Source: Amoebidium appalachense (lineage: Eukaryota > Protista > Ichthyosporea). Taken from it: 64,000 bases of DNA. The first letter of the stretch is position 1, and each line of letters opens with the position of its first letter. Position numbers and translations under genes: made by a program. The notes beneath the pieces are model-generated. The model saw only the letters and a program-made list of their open reading frames with translations. It did not search any database and was not told the DNA's origin. Shown one piece after another: positions 15,373-64,000 of the stretch. Location of the stretch: positions 9,856,782-9,920,781 of the forward strand of contig CAVNZM010000003.1 in assembly GCA_963693365.1 (NCBI GenBank), in the 5' to 3' direction.

Positions 15373-15463
15373 ATAGTTAGAAGGGGGGGAAAAGTCAAGC
15401 CGAACAGAAAGTGTAACAGAAATCGAAATTTATTTGTCGTTGTGTCTCTCTCTCTGTGTCTGT

Positions 15464-15574
<111 letters not shown>

Positions 15575-15575
15575 A

Positions 15576-15729
<154 letters not shown>

Positions 15730-15777
15730 ACATGTGTGTGTGTGTGTATGTGTGTGTACATGTGTGTGAGTGCTCTG

Positions 15778-16230
15778 CTAAAATTCGTCTCCAGATAATT
15801 CCGACTCTGATTGGGATCCTTCCTCGCTTTCATCGTCACTCTCACTTTCCTGCATGTCGCTCTCGTCGTCATTTATATTCCAATCTTCCTCCTTGGTTTC
15901 GTCTGGATCCACCTCTTCTTCCTCTCCCACCTCGCTATCCTCACTAACCTCAATTTCCATTCCCCCTCCATCATTCTCTGGACCCACGGCCCCATATCCA
16001 AGATCTTCCATCGATCGATCCTGCATTTTTGCTTTCTTCTTTTTTCTCGGGTCGTGTGTGTATGCACTGCTCAAGCGACGCTTTTTCGACCTTTTGAATT
16101 TTCCCACCACACTATGTGCCGCATCCGATTTGTAGAAAGTATCGGGTTTGGCCCCATTGATTTTGATTCGCATGAGGGTTTCCACCGTGGCCGTTCGCAA
16201 ACTGGAACGTGTTTCGGTGAGCAGTGAGCA
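15778..16230 (-). pseudogene. hAT transposase C-terminal (dimerisation-domain) remnant with acidic tail
   Basis: Minus-strand ORF segment TETRSSLRTATVETLMRIKING...F...V..KFKRSKKRR resembles the T-x-x-R-x-x-L...LMRI-x-x-NG end of hAT/ZNF862-type transposases. The upstream catalytic region is absent. Confidence 0.65.
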
Positions 16231-16360
16231 GTCATCCGCCCCGGCATAGTTGCCTGGTCCATTGGCCATGCATGATGCGCGCATGGGCCCTGCCGCCCCT
16301 CACCCTGCCACACGGGCCATGCCGTGCACGGGCCGCTTGACACCAGATGTGACCTGGCTG

Positions 16361-16429
<69 letters not shown>

Positions 16430-16690
16430 CATCCGGTACCATCCAATTTTCGGGGGCGTACCATCGATCCGGAATTCGATGGTATTTTCTAAATTTCGAT
16501 GGTATTTTGGAGGGTCCAAATGGACTTATGGTCGGGCCTGTATGCGCATGCATCAAACGAAGGGATCCGGAGGTGGTCACTGGGTGATGAATCATGAGCA
16601 GCCAAAAGAAAGAAAGCCAAGAAAGGAGTAAATTTTTTTAAAGACGCGGCAGTGACCGGGGGACTCCGGGGCGGGGCGGGGCGGGGGGGG

Positions 16691-16769
<79 letters not shown>

Positions 16770-17582
16770 GAGAGAAGGGGGGGGAGAGAGAGGGAGAGAG
16801 AGAGAGAGAGAGATCTGGGGAGGGAGGGAAGGGGGAGGGGGGGGAAGGATCCGGAGGAGACGAAGTGATCATAATAGGGAGGTCGAGCCTCATGGAGCGA
16901 GCGAGAAGGCAGGAAGGACTCGGAGGGAGACATTGTTAAATTCCTTTGTTATTGGGGGAGGCCAAATATTTAAACTGGGGAATTTAACAAAGTCATATAT
17001 TTTTCAGTCGTCCGTCTGCTGCAGAGCTGAAACGAAATTTAAAGGGTTCGGAATGCCATCTATTTCGCACGGAGGTGCCCTACTTGGGTCACATTGTGGG
17101 CCGTGATGGTATAAAAGTCGACCCTGGCAAGATAGCCAGTAGGAGAAGCAAGCCCCCACTTCGGTGAAAGAGCTAATAAGAAGTGATTTAGGGTTGTTTT
17201 CTTATTACATGTACAGGCGCTTTGTGCACAATTTTTCTTCGAAATTGGTGAGCCTCTCACTCGTTTGCTGGGAGATGGCCCACAAGACAAGCAGTTGGCT
17301 AACAGATACACGGGGGCAAAGGCCGGCTTGTGTGTAAGCGTGCTTTCGCGTGTGTGCTCGTGTGTTGTGTGCGTGCACGTTTTGTGTTAGGGTGGGAGAA
17401 GGAGATGCTGGTGCGCACCACTCCTCCAGCAGCTGGCGCCTGTCTGCCTGCAGGCGGCTGGCCTCCGCCTCCAGCGCCTCCTCGCGGGCACACAGCTGCG
17501 GAGCGCCTCCGTGGATGCCAGAAGCTCGCGGAGATGCATGTTGGCGTGGGACTCCTCCTGTACAACTTCGCCGGGCTGTACT

Positions 17583-17620
17583 CAAGGCCTCCTAAATAGC
17601 ACACCATTTAGGAGGCCTTG
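17583..17620. mobile_element. 38-bp TIR-only hAT-type micro-element
   Basis: Perfect 15-bp TIRs CAAGGCCTCCTAAAT / ATTTAGGAGGCCTTG with an 8-bp spacer, and a perfect 8-bp target-site duplication GCTGTACT (17575-17582, 17621-17628). Confidence 0.8.
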
Positions 17621-17867
17621 GCTGTACTACGATTTAGTGCGACGTCATATATCATAGCAATCTTTGGGGTACGTGAAAGGGAGCCCTACGTACTATTGGC
17701 TGCCAGCCACTGTCATGATATAACTAGTAACGGCACGCCCTGCCGGGCTTTGCCTTAATCATGAAGAAGCGGAGGTGGAGGGCTTGAGTGTGAGAGATTT
17801 GAGTGCTCTCTCACTTCTATCTCCCCCCTCCCCCTCCCCCCTTCCCCTCCCTCCCGCTCTTTCTGTC

Positions 17868-17982
<115 letters not shown>

Positions 17983-18006
17983 AGCTCCCCCCTCCCCCCT
18001 CCCCCC

Positions 18007-18040
<34 letters not shown>

Positions 18041-18051
18041 CCCCCCCCCCC

Positions 18052-18102
<51 letters not shown>

Positions 18103-18117
18103 CCCTCCCCCTCCCCC

Positions 18118-18197
<80 letters not shown>

Positions 18198-18830
18198 TAT
18201 TTTAACAGTTTTAAGGTGTGACAATATCGCGGAGGCACTGTAATAGCACGCCCTACCGGACCGCTCGACACAGCAGACTTCCAGAAAATCCCGAATCTTC
18301 TGGCAAACACGAAACACGATCACCATGGTTACCATATGAAGGCTGCAATAACATGAAACACGATCACCAATAGTTTTGCCCCGCTCCCACGTCCGCGGCA
18401 TTACATGCTCGTTAGTTACCATATAAGGCTATTTAATCTCTGCCAATCGTTCTGCCCCGTTCAGGCGCGGACGGACGGACTCACGGACTCACGGACTCAA
18501 ACCGCGGCTTGCCGGACTCCAATACTGCCCCCCCCCCACAATACTGAGATGTCGAAGCTTCGCCGACTCCGCTTCTTCATGATGACATCAGCGCCGGCTG
18601 GCCAGGCGGACTTTCCGGTAACCGCCGCAAACCTCGGGAGTTCTTTTTATTCTTTCCCGGCCAAGTACACCACACAGGCAACTTGGAACGCATTTATATA
18701 AACGGAATCAGAACAAGCTCACTTAAAGCTGCATTAGTGGGTAGCTACGCGTTAGACACGTTCAAACAGCGTTAACATCTTTTCGTACACTGGCTACAAA
18801 GGCAGTGGGGTTCAGTGCACAGCTGCGATC

Positions 18831-37590
<18,760 letters not shown>

Positions 37591-38155
37591 ATATATCTTT
37601 GCGCGCTATGGATAATATGGAGTTAGTGAGATAATGAAGGCTTAAAAGGTTCCCTTAAAATTTACCCTTAAATTGTAAATGAGGTGCAAAGGATCTAAAG
37701 GCCCGTGTTGTTGGTTTCAGATGAAGGGGTGTGTTCGAATGCATGTGTAATGGCTAGAAGGCTTGTGGGCTCTTGAATGGTAAATCAAGAAAAATTGAGA
37801 TAGAGACATCGAATGGATTGCATTATTATTTGTGTTTCACTATATATATATACCAGTATACTGGCATGAGGACCAATAATCATTGACTAGCTAGCTAGCT
37901 CCAATTAGCTCAAATCCGAAGGTGATATTACATATTGTACTCATGAAATCGAAGGTACAAGTCTCCGGCGGAATAGATCTTCGAAGATCGACGGGAGCAC
38001 AAAAAAACTGCAATATATAAAAACGAGCAAAAAAAGTAGGAATATATATATATATATATGGTAATCGCAATTTTGACAACCCCTTGCACCATTCCCACCC
38101 ATCGATATCCCTGCCCCCCCCCCCCCCCGGTACTCCAGCGATTGAATACACATTA

Positions 38156-38192
38156 CAGGCCCAGGTTTACAACTGTTGTAAACCTGGGCCTG
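38156..38192. mobile_element. 37-bp TIR-only micro-element with TA duplication (Tc1/mariner-like), a perfect palindrome
   Basis: TTACAGGCCCAGGTTTACAAC-T-GTTGTAAACCTGGGCCTGTAA (38153-38195): perfect 21-bp arms with a 1-nt spacer. Termini read TA|CAG...CTG|TA. Confidence 0.6.
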
Positions 38193-38419
38193 TAACGCTC
38201 TCGATATATGGTCTGGTCCCAATAGCTGCTAGAGTATCCTATCTCGCGCTGAAATTCAATAAGCACATAAGCCGCTTAAAGAAGTATTTGCCCTCCCACC
38301 CTCTCTTCTCTATCCGACCTGTCCCCTCCTCACCTCTCCCCTCTTTCCTCCCCTCTCTCTCCCCTTCTCCCCTGGGCACAAATACAAATAAACCCCGCAA
38401 TAGTGTGTGTGTGACTTTG

Positions 38420-38995
38420 GACTGCCACTTACTTATTAAACATGTACACAATCACAAGATAATCACGCAATATAACAAATGGAAAAAGATACCACACGAC
38501 ACTAGACCCGATGAAAGCATACACCTTGAAAAACTAAGCCTTATGTCTCGTTTTATATATACTGACCGCCTCAACCATATTGCCAAATATGGCACTCGCA
38601 AGTGTATAACACCTAAATACATATTACCTTCCTGTAGAACTGGTCTTTCTCTAGCTGATGGTATTATTGATCAATTACCACGCTTTTACTGTACACGTGC
38701 TATACAGTGGAGATCTAATAAGTATAAGGTGGCATCATTTGCATGCCCAAACAACACACACACACATCAGTTTAACCGGTCATGTATCGCCAAATGTAGT
38801 TTGATAGACCACATAATACCGCAACACACACACGTCACATTCACAACAGACACCCAGAAAGATAGCCTACCTGTAAATTACAACATCCTTGATTTTATAC
38901 TAAACACGCGTAACTACGACCTGTTTATTAGATGTATTGATTGGCTTGAGAAACACATCACTACAAAATTATAGCGCACGCGCGCACACACACAC

Positions 38996-39052
<57 letters not shown>

Positions 39053-39084
39053 CCAGCTGATACCGAGTGTCCCGAGGGAAGCCC

Positions 39085-39127
<43 letters not shown>
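38420..39127 (+). mobile_element. Probable 5'-truncated non-LTR retrotransposon (LINE ORF2 C-terminus) followed by (CA)n and poly(A)
   Basis: Uninterrupted non-repetitive ORF ending at 38974, with ILPSCR...RAIQWRSN...ACP..H.H.FNRSC..KC...YNILDFILN. This resembles the WR..C..H..C..LD.LLN C-terminal region of fungal and protist LINE ORF2. No RT domain is present. A long A-run lies at 39089-39127. Confidence 0.5.
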
Positions 39128-39128
<1 letters not shown>

Positions 39129-39431
39129 GGGGAACCCCAACTAATTGATTTCTCCTTGTAGTCTTTATGGTGTCTCGTAGAGAAAGTAAACCCTGATATA
39201 TAGTCACCACCCGACATCTATGTACGTGATCATGATATACGGCTGAGGGGATATTCCGAGCAAAACCCCCCCCCCATACCTGAGACTGGTTCTCTTTGCC
39301 TCGAGTAAACAGCGTAAACCCCCCCCGAATACACATCAACACGGCACTGGATCCATCCTGTGGGTTACGTCACCAACCCCATCTGTGAGTTGCGGGCACA
39401 CGCACACCACCACACTTCGGTTCACGTGGCA

Positions 39432-39505
<74 letters not shown>

Positions 39506-40388
39506 TGCTACAGAATACAGCTAATAGCCCCCGTCGACTTGGTACCGAGCACTGGTTTTTCCAAATATGGAGAGAAGGGCTGGGGCCCGGATCACATGGA
39601 GTGACAGTGAGTATTGGTATGTCTTACTGTTACCTACATGTGGAGGCTGCCTCTAGCCTGTGCCAGATATTTGGTTGTAGAAGCGTTACAGTATATCACG
39701 AGTCCCCAGACTCTCAAGTCGAACAACAGCCTAGCTATAGGCTAGTATGGCAGAAGCGTCATGAGTTGAAACAAAAACCTAAGTATTTTACACCCTGTAT
39801 TGGCAGGTAACGTTCTAAAATGACCCCAAGATCTAGATATCAAGTTGAACCGGAAACCAGAATGATTCAGACCGCCGAAATAGTTAAAAATATCCCAGAT
39901 ATATCTCATATTATGTTGGCTGGTAAAGAAACAGCAATTGCATGCGTCTATTTCATTTAAAATTTGGAAAACTATGACAAGGGCCTTTTAATGTCATTCA
40001 CTTAATAAAATTTAAGCAACATATTAAAAACATCAACTTTTTGGATACAGCTACAACTCGTAGCAAGTCCATGTTCATTCACAAAAAATTCTCATGTCCG
40101 TTATATAATTATATAGGGTTTTTATATAGGGGGTTTCACCAGAATATTGGGATACAACTGATATGCTACATGAGGTCTGGGGGGAAACGCATGAAACGTC
40201 AGTCACGCTTCAAGATTTGGCATTACTCTTCTGAGCACACACATACTTATCTTTCCACTTAAAACTTTCATTCTGTTCTTTCAGGTACCTACAAAAAAAT
40301 ACATATACTTCAACAGCAACCAGGCCGACCGTGCAAACCACGGACCATCTTCCCCTACTGCACCATCAGAGACACCTGGAAACCGAAG

Positions 40389-44351
<3,963 letters not shown>

Positions 44352-45270
44352 AAGCTCAGTATAGATGTCTATATATATGTTAGATATTTATTTATTCTAT
44401 CCCGTTTTGTTTTTGAAAGGATGCCCCAGGGGAACCTCGTAGGAACTACCGTCTTCCACACAGCATTGAATGTATTAGTATTCTGATCAGGGAACACAAA
44501 TGTCAGATATTCACTGGTTTGTGTAAATATATATATACCTAGATATGTATAGTAAGATATGTGTTATGGTTAGCCTACTTATCACATAGTATTTGTTTTT
44601 GGTCTTTCTTTTGGGGTTGGCGAGCTCGGTTGTTTGGTTGGTTCAGATTTTAGACTTTCATTTATAAACGTCAGGAACGTGTACAGTAGGTTTAGTTTGT
44701 TGAAAATCTTAATCGAATTCTAATCGGATAGCAGTAGTTGCTTCTGCCACTCCCGTTATGATAAGTTGCTCCCAACAGGAATACTTTGTCAAAAGTGTAT
44801 GTAGTTTTCCGTACATCAACAAAATGAATAGTAATCTTTCTTATCAGCACATTTTCGGCTCCCCGGCCAGGATTCTTTTATGCCACCACACTGTAACATG
44901 TTTTAAATAATCTAATAATACTGACCAATACCATACTCGGAACGCTCGAGAGAGCCTCTCTCTCTCTGTGTGTGTGTTTGTGTGTTTGTGTGTGTGTGTG
45001 TGTGTAATAAAGGCCTTACTGCCAGGGGCAGTACTACAAGAAGCAGTTGCAAAACTCAGGACGCTCCCTGCCGTTCTCTCCCCCCTGACCCACTTGAGGG
45101 AGTTAGAGAGAGAGGGAGGTAATTCGAACGAGAAAGAGAGGGAGAGAAAAGAGAGAGACTCGGGGGCCGGGAGAGATCTGTGTGTGTGAGTGAGTGAGGG
45201 AGAGGGAGAGAGGGACGGAGGGAGAGTCAGCGATAGAGACACTATTAGGCCTGAAAGAGGGAGAGGGAGA

Positions 45271-45312
<42 letters not shown>

Positions 45313-45380
45313 GATCGAGAGAGAAAGAGAGAAAGAGACAGAGAGAGACAGAGAGAGAAAGAGAGAGCTAGAGACACACG

Positions 45381-45817
<437 letters not shown>

Positions 45818-45866
45818 CCCCAAATTTCAATGCAGTACGTACTGTACCCTTCGTCAGAGCCATTGA

Positions 45867-46420
45867 AGGACCCAAGCACATCGGCAGAGTCAACTTGCAA
45901 AAAGCGGAATAATTCTGCAAAAGAGGAATTATTCTGCAAAAAACAGAATTAGTCTGCAAAAAGCAGAATGATTCTTTTGCAGAATCACCCTGCCTTTAGC
46001 AGAATTATTCTGCTTTTAGCTGAATCACTTTGCTTTTAGCAGAACCAGTCTGCTTTTAGCAGAATTATTAATTATTCTGCTTTTAACAGAATTAATCCGC
46101 TAAAAGCAGAATCATTCTGCTTTCGACAGCAGAATAATTCTGCTTTTAGCAGCTGCAGAATAATTCTGCTTTCAGCAGATTGACTGGATTGATTCTGCTT
46201 TTAGCAGATTGATTCTGCTGTTTGCAGAGTGATTTTGGTAAAAGCAGGGTGATTCTGCTTTTGCAGAATAGTTCTGCTTTTCGCAGAATGATTCTGCTTT
46301 TGCAGATAAGTTCTGCTTTTCGCAGAATGATTCTGCTTTTCGCAGAATGATTCTGCTTTTTGCAGAATAATTCTGCTTTCTGCTTCGAGGAAGTTGACTC
46401 AGCTGATGTGGTTGGGCCCT
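45867..46420. mobile_element. 554-bp non-autonomous TIR element with 6-bp TSD and internal palindrome array
   Basis: 30-bp TIRs (45867-45896 and 46391-46420, 26/30 match) with AG...CT termini. TSD CATTGA at 45861-45866 and 46421-46426. The interior is about 24 copies of GCAGAATNATTCTGC separated by A/T linkers. Confidence 0.8.
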
Positions 46421-46796
46421 CATTGAGGACTGAAAGTGTACTGGGTTACATTGAGGGGTGGTTTTTTTTTTTTTTTTTTTGCCCCCTCCCCTCGATTGCC
46501 TCTACTTTGACGAGCATATCAATAAAGTCATTGTAAAAAAAATTATCTCCTAGAGACCGTACGCAATGAGATATTCTCTTAGATAGTTTCACCGGATACA
46601 GGGTTTGCGTTACGAATCGTATCGACCCAAAATACGGTTTAGAAAACCCCGCAATACGATTAAGTTGGGGCATTCAATTAGTTAATACGACCCTGAAGGT
46701 TGTCAAAAAGCTCGGAATGTGTATAAATACGATTAAGAGCGCCAATTTGCAAACCCAGGCAATCCCTGACCGGATATCCATCGAGATATACTTGGT

Positions 46797-46821
46797 TTTT
46801 GGCGCCAAAATCGAGCCAATC
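46797..46821 (+). promoter_or_regulatory. Palindromic E2F-type site plus CCAAT box upstream of DDB1
   Basis: TTTTGGCGCCAAAA (46797-46810) followed by AGCCAATC, about 235 bp before the DDB1 ATG. Confidence 0.4.
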
Positions 46822-46909
46822 ATGTGAGACTTAGAAAGAATACTGCGCACACCATATGCATCCGTGTGCACAAGCAGATACACAAGCTGAGCTGAGCAGC
46901 TCAGGCGTG

Positions 46910-46955
<46 letters not shown>

Positions 46956-47043
46956 GGGAAAAAAACACCTTTTCTCACCACACCTTTTTATAAATACCCA
47001 CCCACCATTATTCTGGTCGCACATAGGCCACACGAATACTATT

Positions 47044-63054
<16,011 letters not shown>

Positions 63055-63079
63055 GTATGAAACCCCCGCGTCCCCTTCT

Positions 63080-63116
<37 letters not shown>

Positions 63117-63396
63117 CCCCGATCCCCCCCCCCCCCCCCCCCCCCCCGGTACATACACACACACACACACCCCTCTTGCCCTCTTCCCCTCCTCCTCACC
63201 CCCCCCCCCCCCCCCCCCCCCCCTCCCCCCTTCCCCTGAAGAAAAAAAAATCGAAGGAGAAAACTAAGACACTCACCCCCGACACACATAAACACTCGCA
63301 CACATAAACACACCCCCACATTATGCTGTCCCTTGTATATCTGTACTTCATGATGTGCCACCTTCTGTACCCCCCCCCCCCCCCCCCCCCCCCCCC

Positions 63397-63703
63397 GAAA
63401 CTCGGGTACTGTGGATGACGTGGGCCCCCCCTGAGGATGGGCTCTGCTTATTATGCATACTCTTTATGTATGGCTTGCATTCTGCATCGTGTTATCCGTT
63501 TGTTCTTGTGTACTTCGTACTTTTTGACGCATTCAAAACCCCCCCCCTGGGGAATAGGTCGAAACTCGGGTACTGTGGATGACGTGGGCCCCCCCTGAGG
63601 ATGGGCTCTGCTTATTATGCATACTCTTTATGTATGGCTTGCATTCTGCATCGTGTTATCCGTTTGTTCTTGTGTACTTCGTACTTTTTGACGCATTCAA
63701 AAA
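63397..63703 (+). mobile_element. Head-to-tail pair of the poly(C)-flanked intronic repeat
   Basis: Copies at 63397-63538 and 63548-63703 are identical over their shared length, separated by C9 and followed by poly(C). Confidence 0.85.
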
Positions 63704-64000
63704 CCCCCCCCCCCCCTCCCCCCCCCCCCCCCCCCCTCCCTCCCCCCCCCCCCCCCCCCCAGCCATCCACCCACCCACCCACGCTTCGACCCACTCAATC
63801 AATCACCCACCCACCTACCCCACCCCACCCTATATCTCCTCATTCATTTGAATGGAGCAGACGAGTCGAAAAAGTCTGACTTTATGTACTGTTAGATGTC
63901 TTCTATTCATTCGAATGGTAGGGTTCTGCTGTAGCCCCAGATTTCGGCCCCTCCACGGTGGCGGAAGACTACACTGAATGACGTAGTCAAATGGTCTCCG

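Noticed and set aside
17400-17574. GC-rich coding-like minus-strand segment (REEALEAEASRLQADRRQLLEEW)
   Set aside because: Short and isolated, interrupted by the 38-bp insertion, and it could not be linked to other exons.
45897-46385. Palindrome array as a CRISPR array or heat-shock elements
   Set aside because: Linkers are only 4-6 nt of A/T rather than unique spacers, and the GAA-to-TTC spacing is 3 nt instead of the 2 nt of an HSE.
63920-64000. Next DDB1 exon at the window edge
   Set aside because: There are several possible acceptors and frames, and no recognisable DDB1 motif to fix the boundary.

Overview
Eukaryotic nuclear DNA (protist-like; standard genetic code) that is extremely rich in poly(C)/poly(G) tracts and (CA)/(GT)/(GA) microsatellites. 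Almost all ORFs in the supplied track are low-complexity artefacts. By hand I assembled four intron-containing + strand genes with GT-AG introns: a C2H2-zinc-finger low-complexity protein (5771-10859), CCDC22 (20 exons, 18831-37590), a kynurenine 3-monooxygenase-like FAD monooxygenase (4 exons, 40389-44351) and DDB1 (at least 17 exons, from 47044, running off the window). A tRNA-Leu(CAG) sits inside CCDC22 intron 7. There are also a hAT transposase remnant, a probable LINE 3' end and several MITEs. The most unusual signals are four. (1) An apparent simple-repeat splicing code: weak donors lacking G(+5) are almost always followed by a poly(C) tract, many acceptors use (CA)n instead of a U-rich tract, and some introns have mirror-complementary ends. 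(2) A family of about 15 5'-truncated, poly(C)-tailed or poly(C)-targeting retroposon-like copies, all sense-oriented in introns. (3) TIR-only micro-transposons of 37-38 bp. (4) A 6-bp-TSD element filled with phased palindromes. No searches were run: homology calls are from remembered family motifs, and homopolymer lengths may be sequencing-biased.
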